The notes under the pieces: model-generated | What the model was told of the DNA's origin: nothing | The model's input: only the letters and a program-made list of their open reading frames with translations | The model's database searches: none | Program-made: the position numbers and the translations under genes | NCBI GenBank assembly: GCA_964016885.1 | Contig: OZ024741.1 | Coordinates: 60,636,001-60,700,000 of the forward strand | Direction: 5' to 3' | Source: Eledone cirrhosa | Taxonomy: Eukaryota | Length of the DNA stretch: 64,000 nucleotides | Shown: one piece after another, positions 25,440-40,921 of the stretch | Layout: each line of letters opens with the position of its first letter | How positions within the stretch are numbered: the first letter of the stretch is position 1

Positions 25440-26480
25440 AAGGGGGTGATGAAATCAATTGTGGTGAAGCACTGAGGAAGTGAGCAGAAGCTGCTCGCGT
25501 GAAATAGATTCACTCAGCTGCTAGGTGGGCTCCATACAAGTTGATGACAGATTTCACTACCTAGGTGATCAAATAAGCAGTGGGGGAGGATGCACAGAAG
25601 ATGTGATAGCTAGGATAAGAAAAAGCTGGGAGAAGTTTAGATATCTATTACCTCTGCTAATAACAAACTAGTGTTCTCTCAGAGTGAAGGGTAGACTGTA
25701 TGATGCCCATGTGCGAACTGCAATTTTACATAGCAGTGAAACATGGGCTTTGACTGCAGAAGACCAACTGAGGCTAGAACAAAATGAGTCATGTATGCAC
25801 TGATGGATGTGTACATGAACGACATAGCATAAGCAAACTGAGGAGAAAGTTGGCATGAGGTGAAGACTGACCTTAAAAACCTAATCCTCACAATAGAAAA
25901 TTAAAAATCCTGAAGGCTAGCATTATGCGGTGCTGAAGAAGACCCGACCTGCAACCTATAATGTAGCCTGAGCCCCCATCCACTACATCTCCCTAACATC
26001 CATCCTCAACACCATTATACATATTCACCGCACACATCTCATGCCCCATCCCTTCATACCCTCTTAGCTATTGCGTGAAGTGGTTGTTGATGGAAGGGCA
26101 TCCATCCATGGAGGGCTTAGTAAACATAGAGTTGGGAAGATCCCTCAGTCACGCCAAGGCATGACAGCCCCCCCCCCCCCCAATGTTTGGTGATCTACAG
26201 CGTAAGTGTACTCAGTACACGCTGAAAAGTGGTTAGTGATATGAAAGGCATCCAGCCATAGAAAGCCTGCCAAAAAAGGATTGGGAGGACTCTCCTGTTG
26301 TGTCAAAGGAATGACAACATCCCCTGTGCAGCCGAAAGAACGTGGAACCGTACATAAGCGAGACGAGAGATCCCTGGCTTGTCTGGGAGATCAGTAGCCC
26401 ACGCTTCAGTACTGACTTGGTCTATATAGACTCATTCAACCCTTGCTAGCAGGGAAAGCAGACGTTAAATGACTACATAA
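25440..26480 (+). mobile_element. Decayed RTE-clade LINE 3' portion
   Basis: Translates FHYLGDQISSGGGCTEDVIARIRKSWEKFRYLLPLL*...LRVKGRLYDAHVRTAILHSSETWAL; 3' motifs AAGGCATCCAGCCATAGAAA and GCAGACGTTAAATGA. Confidence 0.8.
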
Positions 26481-26577
26481 CAGTAGAACACTGGAGGGTT
26501 ATATCCGTAGTAGTAGAGCACTCAGTTCATGTGACGAGTTTGGTAGAAGTAGTTCCACAACAGTTAGTTTACCATTA

Positions 26578-26618
26578 CCGACAACAGATGTTTCACCTTA
26601 TGCGGATCATCAGCTCGG
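26578..26618 (-). ncRNA. Type I hammerhead ribozyme motif in solo PLE pLTR (~26540-26850)
   Basis: - strand CCGAG-CUGAUGA-UCCGCAUAAGGU-GAAA-CAUCUG-UU-GUCGG; same family as 40821-40858. Confidence 0.75.
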
Positions 26619-26850
26619 TCTGAATGAAGTTGTAGGGAAAAGGAAAAACAACCGTACGAATACGCATGCGCAGAAACGGTCAATTTTCCTGGGAGAGTTA
26701 ATCCCACGATCGATCGACGTAAGGTAGATAACTGTGGATGTCCGGAATAAATTATTTGAGTTGTTCAGAATATTAGATTGTTGATGTTATTGAATCTGGA
26801 GCTTTGTAATTATGTAAAAGGTGTTCCAGAGGTATGGACAACGTGAAATA

Positions 26851-26895
<45 letters not shown>

Positions 26896-27603
26896 GTATA
26901 AATACAGTATTTAATTACATATACACAAAAAAATGACTGAAAGTACTAAAATCCAATAGTGTATTAGTTTAATTGTTGATAGGGATGGAGAAGAGTCTTA
27001 ATGCTTCGGAAAGTAATGGTTTATCGGAAGGCAGAATGAGAGAAAGAAGAAATGATATTTTGAAAAAGAAAACTATGAAGCAGAGTATAAAAGTAAGAAA
27101 ACGGAGAAAAGGATAGATAGGAGAAAAAGCACGTGTTGTTGTTAGTCATATATATTATATCTAAGTTTTGATAAGTTTTGATCCTGAATTCCTAATGGAT
27201 CCAAATTAATATGCTTCATAATATTGATCCTTGCATCACGAATTCAACAAATTATTTACTGAAATATGAAAGCAAAACATGTAGTTTTCTTGAATTACTT
27301 CTAGGTAAATATAATGAATACTCCCCAAGATATAATAAGTTCTGAAGAACATTAATGAATATTAAAATTTTATCTTCTTTATTACCATTTTATTACCACC
27401 ATGTTCCTTGCGGTGTTTTGTAATAAACACTCCCGATTCTCGTCTGATTCTATTTAAATATTACGCTGTATTTCATATGATTCCTATCTAAATATTTTCC
27501 TGACATCGTCTAATTGCAACCGAAATATAAATACACTTCATTTTCACCTTTGGGCTTCTGTTTCTTCGCATTTTGTTTTGTGCTTAACACAACAAAGCTA
27601 TAA

Positions 27604-27666
27604 AATGATAATAATGATAATAATAATGATAGTAGTATTAATAATAACAATAATAATAATAATAAC

Positions 27667-27704
<38 letters not shown>
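27604..27704. repeat. (AAT)n microsatellite
   Basis: Direct reading of the sequence. Confidence 0.95.
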
Positions 27705-27705
<1 letters not shown>

Positions 27706-29028
27706 TCTCCGTATCTCCTGCGGCACAAAGACATATCCCGGTTGCTTAAGCTGCAAATTAAGAAATCATTCGAAAAACGATGTTTGGTGCCAGGAAATAA
27801 TACGAATGTTCGAATAAATGATTTGGAAGTATTAGTTAATGGTCAGCTACTGGGAATGTTCCTTTTACTGTAATTCAAGATCATCAAAGTTCGTTTACTT
27901 GTGAAAGTAACCCATAATTAGATAAAGGATAGAGTTTCATTTCGACTATTTGTCAAATTATTTCTTACTTTGAGTCAGAATATAAACCAATCAATAATAC
28001 GTGTATACGTTGTTTAAAGCAAGTATTTCTTTCCATTTAGAAAAGCTACACATTATTGATTAGGATTTAAAAGCTTTTAGTAAGCTTATTCGGGGTCTGC
28101 TAATGTGATAACTATCAGCTTCTCAGCTGAGTGAATTCGGCTTCAGCAATGAGTGCATAATTCTAATATGTATTTAGCTGTCAACAGCCTTCACTTGAAC
28201 CCTTTTACGTACAATTGAACATTTAAGGTGAATGTTACAATGCTGCTAATTCAGCTTCCAACTAAACACTTTCGGAGCAAACATTCTTTAATTAGATTCG
28301 GGTGTTTTTTTCTTCGGGGGTTTCAATAAGAAGGGTTCCAGTTGTTCGATTAACGGAACAGCCTTCTGATGAAAAACAGTGTACCCGTAACATAATTCTA
28401 GGAGAGATTCAGTATGGAAACGCGTGCGACAAGGCTGGCTTTGTGAATAACAATAACAGTGTATCGAACGGTCTTCCATATTTCTTACGTCTAACCAGTT
28501 TCATAACAAGGCATGAGTCAACTCGAGACTGCGATAAAAGTTCCTCAAGGTTTCAGGCAGTGAGATCAAACCCGGGACCTATTGATTTTGACATGAACCT
28601 CGTAGTCGTGTCCACATACAGTACCAGTAATATGGATCATAAAATTCTGTTTATTGACATTAAGGTTGTTTGGAATGGAATAAACAATGCATATAGAAAT
28701 AACCATTAAACTTAACAATGACATCCAAAACATTGAATTGATTAATGTTATAAAGTATATATATAATGATACATCCTTGTATTTCCGCTATACGCCTCTG
28801 ACGTCAGTACTTTTTTATGTTATTTGCCGTTATTCCATTTCAGAAGAACAACGCGTGTGTCACTATTAATATATGGATCGATTGGCAAAAAAAAAATCAT
28901 CTTATAAAGAAACACAGGGAACATGCGGGATGAGAAAAAAAATTATAAACTTCTATATTTTCTATGACTGTGTGAATGTTTTTGCAATTGTATTGGAAAA
29001 TTCACACACATATATATGTTTGTGAGTT

Positions 29029-29083
<55 letters not shown>

Positions 29084-29103
29084 CCATGCACACCGATCTC
29101 TGC

Positions 29104-29174
<71 letters not shown>

Positions 29175-30463
29175 AGAGTATGTGTGTGTAAACATTCATA
29201 TTCAGTACAACCGATATATATATATATATATATATGCATATATATAAATATATATATATATATGCATATATATAAATATATATATATATATTTGCATATA
29301 TATAAACATTCTCATACACACAATCCCTATATATATATTTGAGAGTGTGTGTAACACAATACAATATATATAGTCTCGTTTCATGATATTTCTATTTTAA
29401 CTACGTGGATGATATTTTATTAATACATTCCTGAGTGTAATATGAAATACGAACTATCTATTATCAATGGAGCATATATTGATAATACTAGAGCTTATAA
29501 TCAAAAGAGTGGCTGTGGGGAACTGGGAAGTTGTGGACAAAATGATAAAATCCATATTTGGAAGTGTATTAAGGAACATGAAATAGTGTTCGCTTTTCAA
29601 AATATGAAAATCGAAAATGTATATTAGAGGATGGAACACCTCCTACCAGCGTCTTTCTTGATGTCTTTTTTAAAACAAGTATGTTTGCTTGGCTTGGGGG
29701 TTAACGCGTAGGACACACGAAGGTCGTGAATTCGATTTTTAGACCAAATGGCTGTTGTGTTCTTTAACAAAATGCTTCTTTTCACGTTGATTCTCATGAA
29801 GGACAGGGGTACCGATTATTAAAGCACACAAGGAAACTCCTATGAGAGGCAACATAAACGTGAGCTGTAACACCCTATAAAACCGCCAGTTCACTATAAC
29901 AACATAATAGGAGTCGGGCCATTAACCTTATAAAATCCTAGAAATTTCGTATGAACCCAGCTAAACCTGCATAGGTGTGAACTGTAATGATATGATAGGA
30001 CTAAGCCCACTGTCATTAAAACACATTAGAAAATGCGTAGGAATCCAGTTAATCATTTAATTTACAATTCTAACACTATCTTAATTCCTTGAACGGAAAT
30101 GTTATCAGGAAACCCTACTTAATGAGAAATATATGAATATAGATAATGTTCCACCTGGTCCGGGAATCGAAATCCCGACCTTACAATCGTGAACATAACA
30201 TCTCTAAACACACACACACACATACACACGCACACACACACACACACATACACACACTTGTTTACTTTATGCATAAATCTTATTGACGATTTCTCAATGT
30301 CATGCTTGGAAAGAAATATTTATTTTGCGTCATATTAAAATATACCAATACGGTATTTTGCATATGGTTTCGACAATGTTCCTTGAACGGTAAATATATA
30401 ATTCTCTGAATATGGAGAAGTACATTGAAAATCGTTAGGTTTTTGATGTTCAAATAATTACTA

Positions 30464-30569
<106 letters not shown>

Positions 30570-31093
30570 ATAACTTTGAAATTACTGTCGAAATTCCAAA
30601 GTGAAATTTAATGAATTTTCAATGAAATTCAATTTTTGAAGATATAATGATGTGAAAGGCTAAAAGCTTTCTTAAATACATAAATCCCAATATATTATTT
30701 AAAAGGCTGTATTAGAGAATAAAGATGTTTATTAATGTAAGAAAGGAATTCACACAACTATAAAGAATTCAAAGTTGCACACACGTACATAAAAATCTAT
30801 GGAATGTAATAGCATATTTATTTAAAGAAATACTAAGATTTCTTTAATAATCTATATATCTATCTATAATATAGCTGTTGTATATTTCGTGTAAAATGCC
30901 TGTCAGGTTGGAAAGCGGTTGGTAATATGTACTTCCGGGAGTGTGGTGATAATGGGAACGCCGAACAATCGTTTTTAATCTCACGCTGTAACAAGTCTTC
31001 CTGGAAATGGAAATATATGAGTGACAAAATCGTGAGGAGACAGTGACACTGATTTTTTTTCAATCGTGGATGATTGTATTATTTCTGTATGTA

Positions 31094-31232
31094 TGAGTTC
31101 AAATCCCGTCGAGGTAAACTTTGCCTTTCAGCCTTACGGGGTCGATAAAATAAAGTGCCAGTCACACACTGGGATTTAATCGATTTTCCCCCTCTCCCAA
31201 ATTTGCTGGCCTTGTACCTATATAAGAAACCA
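31094..31232 (+). mobile_element. SINE family A variant with extra internal segment
   Basis: GAGTTCAAATCCCG...GGGGTCGATAAAATAAAG...TGCTGGCCTTGT...AGAAACCATTATT. Confidence 0.8.
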
Positions 31233-33101
31233 TTATTTGTGTATGTAAATACAAGGTGTCCCAAACTTGTATACACACTTCAACAAAATTCTAATAAAAA
31301 AATTGCCTGTACAGGTAATCAAAGTGTGTATACATTTTTTCGTAATATCTGTGTGTATATATGTTTGCGTATGTGTGTGTTTGCATGTTGAATGTGTCTG
31401 TGTGTAACAAAGAAATCAACACAAAAATGTAACTTATCTTTAATTCTTGGTAGTTCTTTCTAAATAAAGCTCAGCATTTCCACGGATTCAGTTAATCAAA
31501 ATAATTCTCCCATAACAGAGTGACATGAGTAAATACACACTCCATCTCCGTACACACCAGTAATAGTCACGTAGTTGTGAATGTAGTTCATCGACAAAAT
31601 TCTGAAAATGGAGAAATAAACTATACTGTAATTATGAAAACGTCACAATGTAATTCACAAACTATTGAAAGATAATCATCTAGTTAGAGCGACCAATTTG
31701 ATACCCAACATATCAAATTCCTTGAACAAAGACCGGCTTTTAAAAGTGTGGTTCGGCCATATATAATGTAGATGAGATCACCTGTTTCTACACATTACAC
31801 ATCCAAATGATTCCGTGTTGTACCAATATGAAAATTTTATGATGATAATCTATCGCTAATAGTCAATAATTATTCCAAACGATAGTAATAGACTTTTCAT
31901 AAATCTCAGTAATATTTCAGTCGTATCCATTGTAAACAAGACGTATTTGAATACTTTCAAAAGAATCGTGATAATACGTAGGAAGCCATTATAACAACGT
32001 TTGCGAGTTTCAATTTATGGTTGTTTCCATTGACAATTAACGTCTGATTTTTATTTAGTTTACAATATAGCAATACTTTTATAGGTGACGTGTATACAGC
32101 TGTTTATGGGGCTTTTTTCTGCCATATTAATAATGGCACTAGATTCGTATAGATGTTTAACTATATAAAATTACATCTAATAAATCACGTTTTAATAATC
32201 TAACACTAACTAAAGAAAGAATATTTTTGTTTTGATTTTGTTTACCTGTATTAACGTTTATATATGCAATTCATAATTTCCTGTAATATAACTTTATATA
32301 TTGAGAAAAAGAATAGATTATTGTGACTCACACATATTTTAGACTGCAAATGTTCATTACTCGATTACTTCCATTAGCACAACTTTTCATCTTCCATTAT
32401 TTCTCTAGAGATGTAACGGCGGTAATACATTAATATGATATAAGAGTTAATAGCTTACAACGACCAGGATCTGGAATGCTGATATACTACCAACCAAAAT
32501 CTGTTTAACACACTTAATAGTTCTTTATGTCTGATTTAATCCCTGTGATGGACTGGAGTTACATCCAGGAGAGGTTCTATACACACAACCGCTTAATGCC
32601 TATGAAACCGCACTAAGCTGTACAAGCTGTAAGAAAAGAAACAGATGGAAAACGATAGTACTAACCTTAACGCTTCATTGGTGTATATCGGAATATAACA
32701 ATGTCTATATTATGGTATATACTGTATAGTATTAAATGAGGATTATTGATATCGTAACGACGAATATATATAGTTCTTTGTTTTACAGTGTGTACCAATT
32801 AATCATTTTTCTGTGCACATGCCGATATGTTTTTTAAACATTCGTAAAAAAGATATTTCTGTAGGTTACACATTTGTCAATGAAATGTATGTGTTCTTGG
32901 AGATACATTTACTCATAAATATTCTATGTATAGCATAGTATTTTCTGCATGGCATAGTATATTCTGACATAGTATATTAGGACATAGTACACTATGTATG
33001 GCATAGTATAATCTGGCATTCACTATGTATGACAAAGTATATTCAAAGCGTTTTGAGTTCAAACCTTTTTTTGCTTCCTTCTCTCTCTCTCTCTCGCTGT
33101 T

Positions 33102-33161
33102 AGAAGAAGAAGAAGAAGAAGAAGAAGAAGAAGAAGAAGAAGAAGAAGAAGAAGAAGAAGA
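33102..33161. repeat. (GAA)n microsatellite
   Basis: Direct reading of the sequence. Confidence 0.95.
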
Positions 33162-33990
33162 AATCGCCAAGAGAGGAATGGGTTCCGCCAAGCTTAAAAG
33201 GATCAAGTCTGGTCATGTGTCAAAACTGTGCTCCCATGTCTCTTTCGGGAGTCAAAGCCCTTTAGAGTATATTATAATGTTGAAATGCATCTTGTAGCTG
33301 AGCCTTACACCGTGGTAGCATATAGAATATGGTATTGAAATGATAAATATATTTATGACAGACCTGTAATTAAGAGAAAGATGGTTTGGATAATGTCCAA
33401 TTGTATTGGCTGTGTCTGTAACCTTAAGCAAGTAACTCAAAAATGTTTTATATTTTACTCTTCAATTATAATTCTCATATATTACAGCCGTTGTTTTGAG
33501 GAAAATGGAAGGAAATGATTATATTCACACACACGCGCACGCATAAGAATACTTATACTGTGGGTGAAAAACAAGTACATAAATGAAACTGTGTATATCC
33601 TTTTCAAATATGAACACACAGACACACACACAATGCGTGTGGGTCTGTGTGTCTAAATGTTTGCATGAGATATATATGTAGGTAAAGAGGAGTTATGTGT
33701 GTATGTGCTGCATATAAAGCAGCTGTTAATATATGTACGCGATTTGTATTTATATGGAATATGTAACAAGTTAAATGATGGTGTTGAGAAACATGAGCCA
33801 GAGAAAGAAAAAAAGAAACAGTGACTTGAACAAAAGTGGCTAAGTGAAATGGAAAGATAATCGCCACTAAATTCTATATGGATCATTAGTGCTGCCGCAA
33901 GATAAGAATTCGAGGAAAAATAATTATATTCAGAAGCTCGTATAACAAAATACTTATATCAATATGATATTGAAAGAATATTGTTAAATA

Positions 33991-34175
33991 CCAGGTTCGA
34001 CTGACCGTTTCCTTTTTGCGCCGGTTGTCATTGGTGCCTCTCGTGTCTTGGGTCCCCGGACTGCCATTTTCCTTCGCAAAATCAGGAGAAAGGTAACTCG
34101 ACAAGGGAAGAAACTATGTAAGATGAAATGGCTCACCCATTTGGTGTCGCAGGCTATTTTCCTTGCGATACGTTT
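33991..34175 (+). mobile_element. C-terminal fragment of a restriction-like-endonuclease LINE (CRE-like)
   Basis: Translates RFLFAPVVIGASRVLGPRTAIFLRKIRRKVT...WLTHLVSQAI, resembling the FxPxAxETxGxxG...FL..IG...WL.QR.S.AI C-terminus of RLE LINEs. Confidence 0.6.
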
Positions 34176-34501
34176 GCCATCTTGTCTGCGATGCGCAACT
34201 GCGATATCCCGTCCAACCAAGGGTGTAGAATTTGTCTTTTGAAGTATAATAGCTGAAGCTCCGGGAATCGCTGGTCATTTTCTGCGGCAACGCTTTGCCA
34301 TCTTATATGTGAGGCGCAAGTGAGATACACCGTCCAAAAAAATGGACTAGAGTTTTCCACCTCCCCATTTTTTTCTCCTTTGCTTTTTTTTCTTCTATCT
34401 CTATTCCTGTTTGTAAATACATGCAAATGAATACGAAATTTCGATTCAATAAATTTATATATTGATCACCACTAACTTGTATCTGGATCATTAGTACAGC
34501 A

Positions 34502-34692
34502 ATAATTGTTTCTACTTTTGGCACAAGGCCAGCAATTACCCAGTAGATTACTGGTACTTTATTTTATCGACCCCGTAAGGATGAAAGGCAAAGTTAACCT
34601 CGGCGGGATTTGAACTCAGAATGGCAAGGGCCGTAACTCTATACGTCAAAGCATGGCGTCCGACCCTCTACCGATACTGCCAATTCACCGCC
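34502..34692 (-). mobile_element. Full-length SINE family A with 18-bp TSD
   Basis: TSD CATTAGTACAGCAATAAT on both sides. Confidence 0.92.
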
Positions 34693-36477
34693 ATTAGTAC
34701 AGCAATAATGATAATGTGTATGAAATTATTTCTTTAGCAGCTTCTACAGCAATTACTTGCAACGATATACTTTCCATACATCTAGTTGATAATGACGTTG
34801 CTTCTCTCAAACAGATATCTCGACCACGTCTCTGGTGATTATACAGATGTAATAATAATCCAATATGTAGAAGACAGATACAAGGACAAACCGGGCATAG
34901 AAAAAAATTATATTGTCAATGATGGATAACTGATTTTGACAAAGATGTCTGACTACCCTTCTTTGATCCTGTTGCCTAGGGGATTTAGCTTCGAAATGTT
35001 GCATACCATCATATAAAACTTAACACATTCCGATGCGCAACGAGTCCGAGATTCTTTGTAGAAATTGCACAAGAAATGAATGTACTGCAGTTGGTCTTTC
35101 CAAAGCTCTTAGAACCCCGTATTGAAGAGAACCCTCAGTTCACCATAAAACACTATTCTTGGCAATCGGATCTAATACATAAGAATTGTACCTACATCAG
35201 TGGAAAGTAAGCTTCAATTGCTAAATTATACTTTATGCTTAGCATGATAAAATTTCAGAAGCAATCACATATCCATGTCTGACTTAAAACCCCTCTAATG
35301 TAGAGTTTTTCGTTCACCTTTCGACGTTCAATTGAATAAAAACCCTTCGCAAGATTATCGGAGCGATAGAATTGTAGATCTTAAACATCTGTTAGTATCC
35401 ATCATTAAATAATTTCCTAAGGCCAATAGAATCCAGATTTGGTAGATTCCCGGACAAATGCTAACTTGCCGGACTAAAGGAAAAAGAGCAGTTTCTCAGA
35501 CCGCATGAAGGAAACAATGTTTCCATTGGTCTTTTCTATGCTGAGATTATTTGATATTAAATCTCTTGACAGAACGGGTAAAATGGAATAAGTTATTTTG
35601 CTCAAGATCACAACGAAAATGTGCAATCAGGTCAAGGAAACATCCTCGTAACACTATGATCATGGTTTCAACATTGTAACTGCTAGACAATATGCCTTCA
35701 CAGGGGCAATATATACACCTGGCTGTTTAATTTGTATGGTGAAAGCGCGCCGTGATTGACTTTGACATAAACCTTGCAGAATCGATAGAATATATAGCAG
35801 TTAGGTACTGAAAGTGATTGAAGGAACATTGATTATTCACCAATCCAGAAGTAATGCGTGACATTGATCCAGTGTAAGGTGCTATTGTATTTTGTGTTAT
35901 TTATGTTCGTGGTGGATTTGTAATTGTATGTTTCGTGCAACATATATCAGTCTATTGATGTATTTCCCATGGGATTAGTGAAATAGTTACAAAAGATATG
36001 GCAATTGATTGAATCGCCTTTACACTTCCTCTAAATATTTTAATCTTATGTCACTATGACATACCATTAGTAATCCAACAATCTTATCTCTTCATTAGAT
36101 ATTCATTAAAATATACCAATATATATAGTTTTATCTAGAGGAATTTATTTATTTGTAATATCAAAATGATGAAACGAAAGAGAAGGAAAAAATAAAAATA
36201 AAATAAAAAAAGAAAAATTAGAAAATAGAACAAAGAGGATAGGAAATGATTTTGAGAAAAACTCTGCACACTTGGCTGGAATGGATATCCCAGCTGCATC
36301 CCGTAGTGGAATGTATATCCCAGCCGCGCCCCGTAGTGAACAAGATGATGAAAGTATTGAAGCAGAGAATCGCCAGAGAGACACATTGCATCATGCATTC
36401 AACATCGCAGGGCGCCCATTTAAATATGTGATGTTCTCTCCATTTTGTGGAGGAAAACGATATATATATATATATAA

Positions 36478-36530
<53 letters not shown>

Positions 36531-36563
36531 TATATACATATATATATATATACATATATATTT

Positions 36564-38428
<1,865 letters not shown>

Positions 38429-38477
38429 GTATATATGTATATATGTATACATGTATATATGTATATGTATATATGTA

Positions 38478-38514
<37 letters not shown>

Positions 38515-38522
<8 letters not shown>

Positions 38523-38735
38523 TAACAGATTAAAGTTTAAGCAAAGAATCGTTGCTTTCACCCTTATCGGGATCTTCTGAAGATCCCGTTAAGGGTGAAA
38601 GCACCGATTCTTTGCTTAAACTTTAATCTGTTATTTTAATAAATATTTGCTCTAGGCTTCTTATATATTTGATATATATTTATCCTTATCGAGCCCTCTT
38701 TGGATGTTAGTCTTCAATATTTATTATTATTACTA
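38515..38735 (+). mobile_element. Fold-back pLTR mini-element (centre 38578) plus tail, in (TA)n
   Basis: GGGATCTTC-T-GAAGATCCC apex; right arm reads CUGAAGA-UCCCGUUAAGGGU-GAAA-GCA..UGC-UU-AAACUUU...AAUAAA. Confidence 0.85.
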
Positions 38736-38801
38736 TATATATATATATAAAATAAAATAAAATAAATAAGTCAAATGTTTAAAATTTGGCTTCGTTTATT
38801 A

Positions 38802-38830
38802 CTGCTATATATATTTCGGTGACAGCCACC
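38802..38830 (-). ncRNA. 3' half of a hammerhead motif (truncated pLTR)
   Basis: - strand GGUG-GCUGU-CACC-GAAA-UAUAUA-UA-GCAG-U-AAUAAA; CUGANGA replaced by TA tract. Confidence 0.5.
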
Positions 38831-39199
38831 TTTATATATATATATATTTATATATTAAGATGCTCCTATGCTTTCTACGAATGACATATCGGTTGCCATA
38901 ACCCTATCCAACAGTGCAGCCACAACTCCAGTCATCAACCATTCGTTAAAGAAACAAACGTTTTGGGCCATGACGAACATGGCAAAAGAGATATAAATAA
39001 CGAAGCTAAAACGTGACACCGACCTATTACCCCAGAGCACAAACAACCGTCAATGCTGTCAATAACAAACAAACTCAAAACAAAACCCAGAAACTGTTAA
39101 AATAAGCTACTACTGGTGTAAGCCCTTCTATCAATGCACAACAATCTACCGTCCAACAAACATCCCTTTCATCTTAACTGAGAACCGTCTCGACCCCCT

Positions 39200-40530
39200 C
39201 CCACTTAGAAATCGAAATGAGGGAGAGGAATTTTAAAACCATCCGCACGGATCACGACGACAGAAGAAATGGCGGAACTGCCATAATCTTGCACTATTCT
39301 TTTACGACAGACGGAAAGGACACATTCAACAATGGCTACTGTGAATCAGTTTCTGCGCACAACAAAACCAAGGATTTAACAGTTATTGAGCTCTATAGGC
39401 CACACCAAAACGCCTCTACTGTGCTTCAAAGAATGCTTCAACAGCATTGTGGTTTTTTTTATAAGCAGTGCCGTCCTGATAACATACTAATCCTGGGAAA
39501 CTTCAACCTCCCTGTGTCGCTTGGTCTACAAACAGTTTGAAACCATATATTTCCACCTCAGTCGTTGACAAAAAAAGCAGTGGGTTCACTTTTCAACTTT
39601 AGGCGGTGTTTCTTTTCTGTCCCAGCTTGTGATCACACCAACAAGATACCATAAAAACATTTTTGGCTATTACCAATAAGCAAAGAAGAGCTGACGTGGA
39701 ATTAGCGAGGGAGAATATTATACTCAATCCTAAAGTATTCTTTTCATCATAGTGCTGGCCTTCTGATTGATGGAAACACCACGAGTGAGATACTGCAGGA
39801 AGAATACTGCTCTCTTTCCAGCAATCCTAATATGGCTGATCTGGACTGTGTCGGGGATGTTAATCCCCAGCCCATTCTATCTGACAGAACGTTTAACTCC
39901 CCAGATATATTGGCAGCAATAAACAAAATTAAATGCAACTCTTCTGTAGTGCCCGATAGGTTCCCTGATGGTGTCCTGAAGAATTGTCGGCACCAACTTA
40001 TATCTCCTCTAGATAGTCCCTTGAGGAATATACTGGACATGGGCTGTATCCTTGGAAACTTTTTCTCCCAATCTAACGTCCATGTATTCAAAACGTAACA
40101 TGTCTCTTGCAGTGAATTGTCGTCCGACCATACTCAATTTCCCATCATTAACGTTTGGTAGAGATCTCCATGACGGATGCTATATACCTTGATTTCAGCA
40201 TCTTGTTGAAGACACTATCCAATATTGGTGTATGTAGAAAGCTGCTATGTGTTTTCGGATGAATATATATCAGCAGGATGTGGGGGAAAGAATGCGGTCA
40301 GCCAAAGTCAGTAGTGGTGACCCACAAGGCAGTGTTATGCCCACTTCTCTTCATTATTTACATCAATGATATTAAAGACTTTATCAAGTACAGCAACATA
40401 CGAATCTTCGCAAATGCTTCCATGCTCCAGAAGGTCATCAACAAAATACGAGACGGGACAATATGAATCTGCTTGCTATTGTTCAATGGGTAACAAAAAC
40501 AATATGCTACTAAGCAAAGTTAAATTTGAT
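39200..40530 (+). mobile_element. Heavily decayed CR1/L2/Jockey-group LINE (APE + RT fragments)
   Basis: RTDHDDRRNGGTAI, LYRPH, ILGNFNLP (APE); ILAAINKIKCNSSVVPD..VLKNC; VLCPLLFIIYINDI..IRIFAN (RT). Confidence 0.8.
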
Positions 40531-40614
40531 TAAATCCATACATAATATACGTAAATGTATATCATGTATACATGTATATACACAGACATATACACGCACA
40601 CTCACACACTCACA

Positions 40615-40718
<104 letters not shown>

Positions 40719-40774
40719 ATTGTTCTCGGTATGGTCAACTAACTGTTGTGTAACCACAGTTAGTTCACCATACC

Positions 40775-40810
40775 GAGAACAATTGTTTCACCTTAGCAGA
40801 TCCTCAGCTC
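40775..40810 (-). ncRNA. Minimal type I hammerhead ribozyme motif (inverted copy)
   Basis: - strand GAG-CUGAGGA-UCUGCUAAGGU-GAAA-CAAUUG-UU-CUC. Confidence 0.8.
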
Positions 40811-40820
40811 TTAATGATTA

Positions 40821-40858
40821 CGAGCTGAGGATCCGCTAAGGTGAAACAATTGTTCTCG
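40821..40858 (+). ncRNA. Minimal type I hammerhead ribozyme motif
   Basis: CGAG-CUGAGGA-UCCGCUAAGGU-GAAA-CAAUUG-UU-CUCG. Confidence 0.85.
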
Positions 40859-40885
40859 GTATGGAGAACTAACTGTTGTGTAACC

Positions 40886-40917
<32 letters not shown>

Positions 40918-40921
<4 letters not shown>

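Noticed and set aside
33984-34330. CpG-richer stretch with several GCCAT(C/T)TT YY1-like motifs as a host promoter or exon
   Set aside because: The + frame is better explained as the C-terminus of an RLE LINE; no splice or start support
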